Origin: Mytilus californianus
Lineage: Eukaryota
Direction: 5' to 3'
DNA: 64,000 nt
NCBI RefSeq assembly: GCF_021869535.1
Contig: NW_026262581.1
Location: 17,608,001 to 17,672,000 of the forward strand
Positions 51,701-61,400 of the stretch are shown one piece after another. The translations under genes were made by a program, and so were the position numbers. Each line of letters starts with the position of its first letter. The first letter of the stretch is position 1. The notes under the pieces are model-generated. The model was not told the origin of the DNA and made no database searches. It worked only from the letters and a program-made list of their open reading frames with translations.

Positions 51701-54227
51701 CAAGGTCAAGACGGCCCCTAGCGTCGACTTAAGCGGTACTTAAAGTATTGTACTGTGAATAAATTTGAAAGTCCCACAAAAATACACCAAAGTCTAAACA
51801 CAATACAAGACCAGAATAGACAGACAGATCCGACATTAATCAGCTGGTATAAAATGTAGCAATGAGGTCTAAGAACAGTTTTCCTGATTCTATCCTGAGT
51901 GTACCCTTTTATCCCAGTTAGGAACTACATCAAGTTGGAATTGAAATGCGTTATAAAATCTTAATTCACATAGTTAAATAAATGATAATCAGCCCCCTCT
52001 TAACTTGATTTGAAAAAAAATAATTGACAGGTATAAAACGTTTTCTGCAAGCCGAAACTCAATTAAAAAAAAAAAAAACAGCAGCCACACACTTAATTAT
52101 GTGACATACGATTTTTGCTTTATCCTACTTATCGGTCTTTTGATGTTGTCCCTAAAAACTAAGAGTGCTACAATGAATCTATATATTTTGCTTTGAGACC
52201 AGAATATTGTTGAAAACATAATTAAAACAAAACTTGCGTTTCTGATTAAGAACGGGTCCGAGAAACGCTCAGAATGCACAATTTTGCGTCATTTTTTCCA
52301 GAGCTTCTGGGGTCCTTCAGCGGCCCCCAGACCCCTCGCCAAAACTTTTTTGCCTCACTTTTAAAAGAGGCTAGTTACGGCCCTGACACATCTAATAATA
52401 GCCTGATTCTTACAAAAATACCCCTACCTTCCATGTGTTTATATGAAAGAAATACACCCTTTTTTTATAAACATTGTTAGGTTCTTCTGTGTCAAAGGTC
52501 AAATCAGTTAGCCAATTGTGTTAAAAAGTTTTTAATTGAGGACCTTTCTTTCAGATTGGAGGCCTTGTTTTTCCACCAAGAAAACTGTTCAGAAAACAAG
52601 AGAAAATAGCTATGGATAGACAACAGCAATTAGAGGTATTTTAAATGAAACTCTACTCAACTGTTTCTTTCCATCATTCAAGATTTAATCTAGAGTTTTT
52701 TTTATTACAAACAGTGTATGGTTTTTAATATTAAATAACAAGGATACCAGGTATTATTTCTTATGCAGCATAAATACTGCAATCTGAATAGTTAATTACC
52801 CCGGTGTAAATAACACCCCACCCTTGTTCACCCCCAGATAAATAAAATTTTGCCAAAAATTTTTAAAAAATANNNNNNNNNNNNNNNNNNNNNNNNNNNN
52901 NNNNNNNNNNNNNNNNNNNNNNNNNNNNNNNNNNNNNNNNNNNNNNNNNNNNNNNNNNNNNNNNNNNNNNNNNNNNNNNNNNNNNNNNNNNNNNNNNNNN
53001 NNNNNNNNNNNNNNAAAGAACACAAAACAATTCTGAATTTCCCTAAAATAAAGAAAAAAAGTATTTAACAATGCGCAGCAACATCGATGTTGAAAAAATG
53101 TTACACTGGAAATTTTTCATTAGCATTTTTCAATTTTACATCCCGGTTTAAAAATGGGTAAAGGAATTGTTCATAAGAAATAAATTTGTTATCTTGGTGT
53201 AATCAGGGGTGTACGGATTTTACACCGTTGTTGAAAATTCATACACCGATTTGGCTGCGCCTCAGGGTGTATGAATTTTCAACAACGGTGTCAAATTCTG
53301 AACACCCCTGATTACACCAAGATAACTAATAATACCAAAAATATTGGACTTTATAATAGAACACACAAACCACCAACAAACAACTAATAAAAAGTGGTAA
53401 TGCCAAAACACAAAATTAACACAGCCTGGTGATGAATTATTGCCTGACCAGTTTTGGTCCTTCTCAGATCTTCTTCTGAGGCAGATTGATGGAGTAAAAG
53501 TGCCAGGCTATTTATATAGTGTCTTCATAACTATCCGTTATTTGTTACCAGATACATCCATGCAGGATTAAACTAACCATTCATTTAAATATATGGTGAA
53601 ATTATCATCAGTTATGGTAAACATCATTCGACTGATTTTGTATGTTACAGTAAACATTTAACCTGATGATATAGGTCAGGTAAACGTTTAAACAACATGT
53701 GGGCTTCTATTGTGTGCTGATTATAGATAAATACAGATTATAGACAACTTTGTTTTAATTTAAACAATGCCTGTATGAACTCAAATAGCATACATCCTAT
53801 TTTTATGGTGGCAGAGTAGATTATGAGAACAGCTTACAATTGGAAATTATATACTTGTTCTATCATAAAAATATGATGTTTGTTATTAAATATCACAGAA
53901 ACATGCCAGAAAACACACTTTTAAGTTATAATGAATATGAGTCAAAATAACTAAGTGTAAAAAAAAATGATTATTTAGTAAGATCAATTCCTTCATGATT
54001 AAAGTGTAATGGTTAATTGAACTTCATATTACTTGATGAAAGTAAAATAACAGTCTATTTTTTACTTACAGGTCTATTTAAAGAATGCTCTGACCATTTT
54101 AATGAGAACTCCAGATTGTCCTTTGCATCCTTCCAAGAACTTGTACCTCAGTAAACAGATATTATGTGATTTTGACCCCTTCTTTAAAAGAGGAATATTT
54201 GAGACATCTAAACACAGTACATCATGA
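12803..54227 (+). CDS. KIF16B: Kinesin-3 family motor KIF16B ortholog, 36 exons, 4008 nt CDS, 1335 aa
   Basis: Exons: 12803-12849, 15907-15976, 17933-18055, 18587-18703, 20190-20222, 20827-20879, 21291-21406, 22748-22817, 23423-23495, 24068-24135, 25226-25326, 26434-26550, 27655-27752, 28025-28099, 28508-28561, 29451-29510, 30528-30647, 31717-31768, 32666-32803, 33297-33382, 34081-34166, 34957-35010, 35618-35750, 36585-36632, 37217-37309, 37586-37747, 38296-39107, 39573-39645, 40194-40339, 41976-42158, 43041-43089, 46048-46095, 47562-47684, 47999-48088, 52555-52635, 54072-54227. All phases join into one open frame. All introns are GT-AG except intron 2 (GC-AG). It starts [14 protein letters not shown] and ends [16 protein letters not shown], collinear with vertebrate KIF16B as I recall it. 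Confidence 0.92.
13297..13846. mobile_element. Putative non-autonomous TIR element in intron 1
   Basis: Inverted pair GTCCGGTAAATCCGCCCAC / GTGGGCGGGTTTACTGGAC (17/19). TSD not resolved. Confidence 0.4.
17443..17654. mobile_element. MITE with TA flanks (CTGTGGATTCAT...ATGAATCCACAG family)
   Basis: 12-bp TIR flanked by TA on both sides; same termini as 34362-34570. Confidence 0.6.
18950..19355. mobile_element. Old degenerate TIR element in intron 4
   Basis: Imperfect inverted repeats TCTGACAGCCTTATTTGAGGACTTG / CAAGTCCCAAAAAGGCTGTCAGA. Confidence 0.35.
19851..20146. repeat. 42-bp minisatellite, 7 copies
   Basis: Unit TAATCAAAACCACACTGCTATAAGTACATGACAAT(GAGATAT/ACTACTT) starting at 19851, 19893, 19935, 19977, 20020, 20062 and 20104. 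Confidence 0.95.
21018..21206. mobile_element. Degenerate MITE in intron 6
   Basis: Imperfect ~38-bp inverted ends (TTCGCCTTTTCAGATTCT..TGGGTAAT / ATTACCCAG..AGATTCTGAAACGGCGAA). The interior resembles 37825-37935. Confidence 0.45.
24640..24960 (+). mobile_element. L1/Tx1-clade LINE ORF2 fragment in intron 10
   Basis: Translation [71 protein letters not shown] resembles the post-RT region (W....I.R.........GGL......AL...WIRR) of Tx1/L1 ORF2. Confidence 0.7.
30528..33382 (+). CDS. KIF16B: KIF16B pre-FHA and FHA region (exons 17-20)
   Basis: [42 protein letters not shown] ... HC.IE ... VNG ... [18 protein letters not shown]. Confidence 0.92.
30707..31461 (+). mobile_element. HINE/Helentron-like element with 4 tandem 161-bp core units
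   Basis: 5' TTTTTATGCCCCC..GGGGGCAT hairpin, then a GTCY microsatellite. Core anchor CTTTAGTTTGCC at 30800, 30961, 31122 and 31282. 3' GGGGCAT plus TGTGTC/GACACA hairpin, with T-rich flanks. Superfamily assignment is inferred from architecture. Confidence 0.75.
33578..33969. mobile_element. Non-autonomous element with TTAA TSD (Kolobok-like)
   Basis: TTAA|GGATATTCGCT...AGCGAACATCC|TTAA. RR...YY termini with TTAA duplication. Confidence 0.65.
34081..43089 (+). CDS. KIF16B: KIF16B stalk, E/K/Q-rich coiled coil (exons 21-31, including 812-nt exon 27)
   Basis: Phase-compatible exons with canonical splice sites. ORFs 37598..37819 and 38491..39111 fall within them. Sequence similarity is weak, so individual boundaries are less certain. 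Confidence 0.78.
34362..34570. mobile_element. MITE with TA TSD (Tc1/mariner-like), 209 bp
   Basis: TA|CTGTGGATTCATT...AATGAATCCACAG|TA, with internal TTTCGTGG/CCACGAAA repeats. Confidence 0.75.
36733..37030 (+). mobile_element. HINE-like element of a second subfamily
   Basis: TTTTTATACCCCC..GGGGGTATA 5' hairpin, (GTCC/GTCT)n tract, single core, 3' GGGGTA plus GTGAGC/GCTCAC hairpin. Confidence 0.6.
41444..41717. mobile_element. MITE with TTAA TSD (Kolobok-like), 274 bp
   Basis: TTAA|GGTGGTACCCAACAC...GTGTTAGGTACCACC|TTAA. Confidence 0.72.
42200..42325 (+). repeat. Short interspersed repeat (AAATTGAGAATGGAAATGGGG family)
   Basis: Homologous to 2531-2672 and 59235-59435. Confidence 0.7.
43370..43680. 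repeat. Two degenerate ~170-bp tandem units
   Basis: GGGGAACCA..AGTGGTAGGTCAAT.ATATTT.GTATGCAG..CCATGGAGATTATTTGGC occurs twice (~43371 and ~43539). Confidence 0.55.
44186..45680 (+). mobile_element. HINE-like element with 7 tandem ~161-bp core units
   Basis: 5' TTTTTATACGACC..GGTCGTATA hairpin and GTC microsatellite. Anchor ATGGATCT at 44322, 44482, 44643, 44804, 44960, 45121 and 45283. 3' GGTCGTAT repeat and terminal hairpin. Confidence 0.75.
46150..46297 (+). repeat. Interspersed repeat (ATGTGATATGGTTGCAAATGAGACAACT family)
   Basis: Shares ACTATAGGTCACCGTAC.GCCTTCAACAATGA with the copies at 7490, 22861 and 36196. Confidence 0.65.
47562..54227 (+). CDS. KIF16B: KIF16B C-terminal PX domain (exons 33-36)
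   Basis: [54 protein letters not shown]; matches the PI3P-binding PX signature (RRYS.F, PPK/RK, downstream Arg). Confidence 0.9.
48161..49451. mobile_element. Non-autonomous PIF/Harbinger-type element, 1291 bp
   Basis: TTA|GGCCAGACTTTTTTT..TATCTGTTTAACGAGA ... TCTCGTTAAACAGATAATAAAAAAAGTCTGGCC|TTA; 3-bp TTA TSD. Confidence 0.78.
49643..49830. mobile_element. Tourist-like (PIF/Harbinger) MITE, 188 bp
   Basis: About 38-bp TIRs GGGCTATT(A/C)CATTAAAATGTATGTGGGAGGGTAGGAA with TTA on both flanks. Confidence 0.8.
50610..52385 (+). mobile_element. Internally deleted hAT element with transposase dimerization-domain relic
   Basis: 14-bp TIR CAGGGCCGTAACTA / TAGTTACGGCCCTG and GAGGCA subterminal motifs. 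ORF 51114..51338 ([40 protein letters not shown]) resembles the hAT C-terminal motif (ERSFS.L.R.KT..RSTM...RL..L..L..H). Confidence 0.8.
51071..51094. repeat. (AATC)6 microsatellite, probably a SINE-like tail
   Basis: GCGGCGTTAAGCGAACACC followed by six AATC units. Confidence 0.8.
52873..53014. other. Assembly gap (142 N) in KIF16B intron 35
   Basis: Run of N. Confidence 1.
53188..53326. mobile_element. Foldback element or long inverted repeat (60/61-bp arms, 18-nt loop)
   Basis: GTTATCTTGGTGTAATCAGGGGTGT..ACACCGTTGTTGAAAATTCATACACC and its reverse complement. The arms are identical except for a ~9-nt internal patch. Confidence 0.85.
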
Positions 54228-54699
54228 TAAAAAAAAAGAGGAAAAATGGTTGCAATCAGCATAATGTTATCAAGGAATCTCAATAACAAATTTAGTTTGA
54301 AATCCATAAACTACTTCAACAAGAATGTGAAAAGTAGTATTATTTAAGATCAATGTATACTTATTAGAATTCCAGAATCTCAAAAATATATTTCAAACAT
54401 TAGATTAGAGGGATTATTATTTAGATACTTTTTTTCAATGTTATATTGAGGGATTTTTTTAGAAATTTTCTAGTGCCATAGGATAAATAACATTAAAAGT
54501 GTTATGTAAGATATTTGTGTTCACTAAAAAGGGCTGTGTGATTCATGTATAATTTTGTACATTAAATGTTTTTGTATAAAAAGTTTGTATCCCTTGAGGA
54601 TGAGATTAGTGATTTTGATATGAAGAGAATTCACAGTTGTATTATGGTATTAGTGCATTGTCACTGTAGCTTTTGTTCTTATTGTTATTTTTTAAATGA

Positions 54700-54955
54700 A
54701 AGATACTCATAGTTTATGAATTAGGAATGAGTAAAGATAGTGCCATATTCATTTGTAAGTCTGCCAAACAAGGATACATTAGAATTGGGCATGAGTAATG
54801 ATAGTGCTATATTCAATCGTAAGTCTGCAAAAATATTGGTGCAGGTTGAACATTAATTTTATAACGATACTCATAGTTTACAAGGATACATCAGAATTAG
54901 GAATGAGTAATCTGATAGTGCTATTATTAATTGTAATTCTGCCAAAATATAGGTG
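54700..54955 (+). repeat. Three imperfect ~50-bp direct repeats downstream of the KIF16B stop
   Basis: GAATT(A/G)GG(A/C)ATGAGTAA..GATAGTGC.AT.TT...GTAA.TCTGC.AAA at ~54718, ~54782 and ~54894. Confidence 0.75.
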
Positions 54956-55453
54956 TAGGAAGTTTGATTAAACATCATTTTATGCTTGTATTTATTGTTG
55001 TAGGAGGTGATAAAATCTTTTAACGATCTCATATATGTTCATTTAATCTGTATTGTTTATTATATATTATTTTTGTCATGAATATAAAATGATACTTTTG
55101 ATTACCCCCAGCATAACAGACTTGTTATAAATATTATAATTTATCGAGAGATAATACATTTTGGTTTCCGCATCACATCTATAAGCAGTTAATTTTCTAA
55201 ATATGTAAAGTTTTGGCTTTTTGTTGCTTTATTGGATATCCTCTACTGATTATATGTAATGCTTTTGAATGAATGGCTGCAGGAGATGACACATTCTGCC
55301 TTAAAAACTGGCTTCTTATTTCTAATCTATTTTTCTCACAGTAAAATACAGCAGTGATTTGACTGTTTTCAGTTACTGCTTGGTTCTTCATGAGAGAAAT
55401 GCAGTAATCATACATCATTGAAAAGACACTCATAAGCTGAACAGTAATGTTAG

Positions 55454-55856
55454 TTTTTATACCCCCGCCGTAATGGAGGGGGCATTAAGTTTTACCCTTG
55501 TCCGTCTGTATGTCCGTATGTCCCAAAATTGGTTTCCGTTCTTTAACTTTAGTTTGCCTCAATCAAATGTTATGAAACTTATACACAATGCTTATTACCA
55601 CAAAACACAGGTCAAATTTGAATTTTGGTGGCGTCACTTTTACCGTTCTAGAGTTATGCCCCTTTACAAATGGAAAAATTGCTGAAATATTCGTTTCTGT
55701 TCTCTTACTTTAGTTTGCCTCAACCAAATGTTATGAAACTTATGCACAATGTTAATTACCACAAAACACAGATCAAGTTCGATTTTTGGTGGCATCACTT
55801 TTACTGTTCTAGAGTTATGCCCCTTTACAAATAGAAAAAATGCTGAATATTTTGTT
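55454..55856 (+). mobile_element. 3'-truncated copy of the 30707 HINE-like family (2 core units)
   Basis: Same 5' module; anchor CTTTAGTTTGCC at 55547 and 55708 (161 bp apart). Confidence 0.75.
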
Positions 55857-56957
55857 TTAAATCAAGTTCCTGCAATTTGTATTAGGCACATTCCAGCTTT
55901 CTAATTTGCTCATTTTTTCCCACTATATTTCAATTGATCATTATTTAATATTTATGACGGTTTTGATTTTTCATATTTATGGATGTAAACTCTTTGAGTG
56001 ATAGATGCATGTCCATAAGACATTGTATGTTGTGTTCTAGTCTGGTATTGTGTTCATTGCACTTGTTATAGGAATGCATGGTTACTTGTTACATTTTTGT
56101 GATAGTCTTTAATGCATATGCACTGTATAAATATTTTTTACAAAATGTATATTTTTATTATAGATCTTCTATTTTTAAGTCCCTTTTACATTGTTTTAAT
56201 ATGAATGAAAATATAAAAATATTTTATCTGTGTAATATACTTAGTACTCATTTGAATGAATCTTACAAAATAACAGTAATTGTTTACTCTCCTTTGTTTT
56301 AAACATATAATTCAGTCATAACTGCATTATAATGAAAGCATGTTTTTTTTTGAAACAAAATTGAACTCATTCTCCCTACAACCAATTTAGATATTTTTGA
56401 CATAACTGAATTATTAAAGTTTGTTCAGTTCAGAAAGAATATTTCTCATCAGAGATTATTTTGACAATACACAACAAAAACATGTCATGTAAGGAGAATA
56501 CATGACCAAGAAATTTTGACATTCACATTTTTTATGGTTAAAATTATGATAGTTAAAAGTCACATCCACATTGTAAACTGTTTTACTGTGTTGAAATTTA
56601 ACATTAACTATTTCCTTATTATTTCTTCAATTTCATTTATATAACTGTTTAAATAATTTTTATATCTTCAAATTTTAAAATGGCAATTTGTAAATATATA
56701 CAGCTTATTTATTAAAAGTTACTACCAACAATAAATTGATGATTGAAACTTGAGAAATGTCTCATTAAAAGCCATAACAGTTGATACCTGTATGATCTTG
56801 GAATTGGCCCTATAACTTTTCCTTTTGATGTATATATTTTACAGTGTTTTATTGGATTCTTTTGCTGCAAAGGTTTTCGCTGTAAAACACATAATGTTAA
56901 CCAGCTATGAATTATAACACCAATTCTGTCCAAAACAGAGTTGTTCAGACACTTTAA

Positions 56958-57748
56958 CTCATTCAACCCCAAGAGATTTCTGGAAAATCAGGCATTTTCG
57001 AAAATTTGCAAACATTTGCAAATTATATGCAAATTAGTAGACCCTTAATGCTGTAGCTGATGCTGATCTATTAAACTATGTAATGAGATTTGGTGGGGGA
57101 TGGGGTGGGAGGTGATATATTTTCTAGTGGGTTTGAACCCACCCCTACTGAAAAATGGTTATTTTCAGTCTATTTTTCTATTACATACGACCTTGAAAGG
57201 TGAACATTGACCAAACTGTGTTTCTTTGTCATTCAAGTATTACCTTAAAGTTACAGCAGTCCATCCATACTGACTGGAAGTAAATGTGACTTGAGTGTCT
57301 TGCTGGGGAATTATTATTGGCAAGCCAGGTCTGCCTAAATGTCCGTTTTTACAGATTTCTGACAAAACGGTGATCTAGATTTTACAGACCAGATTTCTTT
57401 TGGCCATATTATACCTCCTTGTGTTCCTGTACCACCTATGCATGTATTTATGATAATAGTTAATACCTACAGCCCATACCAGTAAGGTAGTGACCATCAA
57501 AAGACTCCCACCCTCACCTGATTTTGGCTATTTTTCACAATTTTGAACTCTAAAAAGGCCATTAAAGTTGACATATTTTCATAAACACACATCTGAGAAG
57601 AGTTTATGGACCATGAATTGCATGGTTGAAGTCCCTGTTGTCAAGACAGTTCAGCTGGGGCAGTTCTTAAAAAGTATGGAGGGTCATACGGGCCATCAAA
57701 GAATGGTGGTCGCCATCACGACTATAGGCGGAATTGGGGGCAAAGGGG
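56958..57748. mobile_element. Possible piggyBac-like non-autonomous element
   Basis: TTAA on both flanks, weakly matching C-rich/G-rich termini (CTCATTCAACCCCAA versus reverse complement CCCCTTTGCCCCCAA), and higher-complexity interior. Confidence 0.3.
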
Positions 57749-58440
57749 TTAATATTATTCTATATTTGAACTCTTAAATGAGTCATTAATATCCTTCCAA
57801 CACATTTAAAAGTTGTCAGTCATAAGTATGAACTTTCTAGTTATACCACACATGAACTAAGTTTGATCATGCAAGTCAGTGTCTGGTTTAGAATTTGTTT
57901 AATGCCTTGAAGGATAGCTGGTTAACATTGTGTGTTTTACACTCACATACATTATGAACATATAGATTACTTGGCAATTTGGTAAAATTTCTTAGCAACT
58001 GAACATTTTGATTTGATGATACAAACTGCAATAAAAAGACTGAAACATTTACAGCAATATCATATTAAAATCAGTCAAAATTAAGGGGCCAAAAACTAAT
58101 GATCTCATTAAGAGTATTCTGTGTGGCTTAATAAACCAGATAAAAATAACTTGATACTGCATTTCATCTGTCAGCAAATCATTTTTTATATTTTAACAAT
58201 TTGTATAGTATTAAACAACTGTAGTAAATATTACATAGATGTCAATACAATGAGTTGATCAGCCAGGTGCAGGTATATGTGACAACCATTTTGACAATAA
58301 AAGTCTTCCTTTTGACTTGCTTGAATATCAAAATTTAAATAAAATTAAAAAAAAAAACCACACAACTATAAGTCTCACAATTGCTAAACAAATCTGACAA
58401 ACAACTGATATACAATTTAAAAATCCTATTATATCCTTCA

Positions 58441-61400
58441 TCATAATATTGTACATGAGGACTTCTCTTCCTCTTGAGGAATTGGTTTTTTGCCCATATT
58501 GTAAGCTTTAAACAAAGAAACTTTATTTTCCCATCCTGGCACTGGTTTGTTCCAATCCTCAGGTGGACTGTCTCTATATTCCCACATATTGTTTGCTATT
58601 GATGCTTTTCTTCTTGCAAAATACCTTTCTTTTTCATTGGTAATTATCTTATTCTGAAACGAAGAGGGAAAATTAATACATGTACAAAGTTAGACTATAA
58701 CTTTTTTTTATTAAGCATATTCGGCTTTGAGCGTTCCTGATGACGGTAAATCCAGAAAAGCGCTTCACGTATGAAATTTATAACATGTTTTCATTTTCTT
58801 ATACTACTACTGATATTATTATTATCCTTTCTAATGAAACATATATTGCCACAATTAAGTTCCAAACAAGAATTAACCCCAAGAGTTTACAAAGGTATAG
58901 AATTAAGTTCATCTGTGGTCTTCTCATATTCCAGCAGTTAAACCTTTCCTAAAGTGTCAAATCTATTTGGCTGTGCAGGATGAATAAAATGCCAGCCAAT
59001 GCCTTTGCGAAGAGAGCGCAATGCTCTCTTGCATGTTAAAGAACCCTTGCAACAACCATCCAAGGGGGTCGTAGCTGGCCTGTTTCTAGGCATCCTTTAA
59101 ATATCCAACTTACCTATATTTTCCAGAGGCAGTCTGCATTACCTGCCCTTCATCCCAGTTGACCCCTACTTTGCAGAACCAACCTACTGTATTGATAGTT
59201 AATTTGTTTTCATCCTAAACATCATTTTAGTTTCTTGTGTATAATTTGGAGTTTAGTATGACGTCCATTATCACTGAACTAGTACACATATTTGTTTAGG
59301 GGCCAGCTGAGGGACGCCTCTGGGTGCGGGAGTTTCTCGCTGCATTGAAGACCCATTGGTGGCCTTCGGCTGTTGTCTGCTCTGTGGTCAGGTTGTTGTC
59401 TCTTTGACACATTCCCCATTTCCATTCTCAATTTTATCATACATGTACCGGGTATATGTTTTTCGTAAAATATTTTGTTATAAATTAGGCCGTTTGTTTT
59501 CTCAATTGAATTGTTTCATATTTTTCAAGTTGGGGCCTTTTATACCCGACTATAAGGTATGGGTTTTTCTCATTGTTGAAGGCCATACTGTTGACTATAA
59601 TTGCTTTCATCCACTTCATTTGAACTTTGGTGGATAGTTGTCTCACTGGCAATCCTACCACATCTCCTTATTTTTATGGGAACTATTTGCCACTAGACAT
59701 AAAGCAAACAACAATCAAACCAGAATATTAAGACTTACAGCAGCGTCTATATCATTGGACTTTGTATACAGTAAACAGTTCTTGTAATCTTCTTCCCATT
59801 TTGAACAATCTAATTTATATCCTACTGTATACCACTGGTGTCTCCTACCTTTACGACCTGTAATAAACATACATGAAAAATACAAATAACACAGGGCTAC
59901 TTTAAAGAACAATGCTTATACAATTTTAAAGTTATACAGCAGCCATTTGATCTTAAAAGTCTTTCATGCCTTGAAAACAGCTGGGAGTGTCAGGGTTGGT
60001 ATGTTAGATAGAATTCAGGGAGATCCTTCTTTTTGTCATCATGTCTAGTTACCAAGTGCTACCCATTCTCTGGGTCTCAGCATAGCTATAGTACAAGAAG
60101 TTGTTAACTGAGAATATCATGAATTTCAAGCAATTATACAAAATGTCTGTTCATACGTAAAAAAAGATGTAAGACTGAATTATGAATATTTAGATTTTTT
60201 AATCCATTTGAACTATGTGTAATAAAAAGTAAAATCACAAAAATACCAAACTCCGAGGGAAATCCAAAACGGAAAGTCCCTAATCAAATGGCAAAATCAA
60301 AAGCTCAAACGAATGGATACATGGGATAACAACTGTCATATTCCTGACTTGGTACAGGCATTTTCTAATGTAGAAAATGGTGGATTAAACCTGGTTTTAT
60401 AGCTAGCTAAACCTCTCACTTGTATGACAGTCACATAAAATAAGTATCCAATCACCTCCATCTACCTCCTTTGAGTTCCAGACCCCCTCCCAGGTTATAA
60501 GATGCTGTTTTACTTACTTTTACAAGTGTCATATTCTTCTTTATAGATGTCACATTCCCTTATCTGTAAAAACAGAAATACTGAGATTACAATACAGCTG
60601 GTATAATTGGCATGCTGAAATATAATTTGTTCTTCTGGAATATTTTGAAAAATTTAATAAAACACATACATGTACTAATCAATTAACATAAAATGATTCG
60701 ATCAAATTACAATACATCCAAGGGGTCAGTTAATTTCAAATAATTTGGTTTATTATTTCTTGAAAACATTAAAATAGACCATATTTATGTACATGATGTA
60801 GTTATGGTGTAGAATAATGTAAACATGGACCAATGTGAAAGTACTTTTATTCGTGGGTATCAGTTGTCATGATTTTTCACAAAATTTACACGTTCGTGGG
60901 TTCTTAAATTAATGGATTTTAGTTTTCAGAAAGAAATCGAGTGAAGAATTTGAAGCCATCAGTAAAGAAGATTCTTGAAAATAATCATATGTGTGTGTTG
61001 TTTAATAATGATTTGTAGGACATTGCAAAATAAGGTGCCCTCTTTCACTTACTTTCATTACTGACAACATTCTTCAAAATTTTCAATAAAATAATTGCCT
61101 TTCAAAATAAATGATTCACCTATGCTTAAAAATTGTCTTGATTGAGGGAAATTGCAAAGTAAAGATTTTAATTCACACACATGTAATCAGAAGTGATGAC
61201 ACTAATTAACCAGAGATTGAATGATCAACCGATTAACGATCATCAATGGTGCTAATTGGGCCATAAACATGTCTCTTAAAAAAAAACGTTACAGAATACG
61301 TATGCGAATTAGGAGGAGATAAAATGAACACTTCATCATTGCATATCATCACCGGAAATCTGATTTTCATCGATCAAAACTAATTTTTCATGAGAATTAA

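Noticed and set aside
52796-53071. ORFs spanning the N gap
   Set aside because: They are artefacts of ambiguous bases. A hidden exon is not needed because exons 35 and 36 join in frame.
57092-57112. G-rich tract as a G-quadruplex
   Set aside because: It has only three runs of three or more G and lies inside a probable TE.
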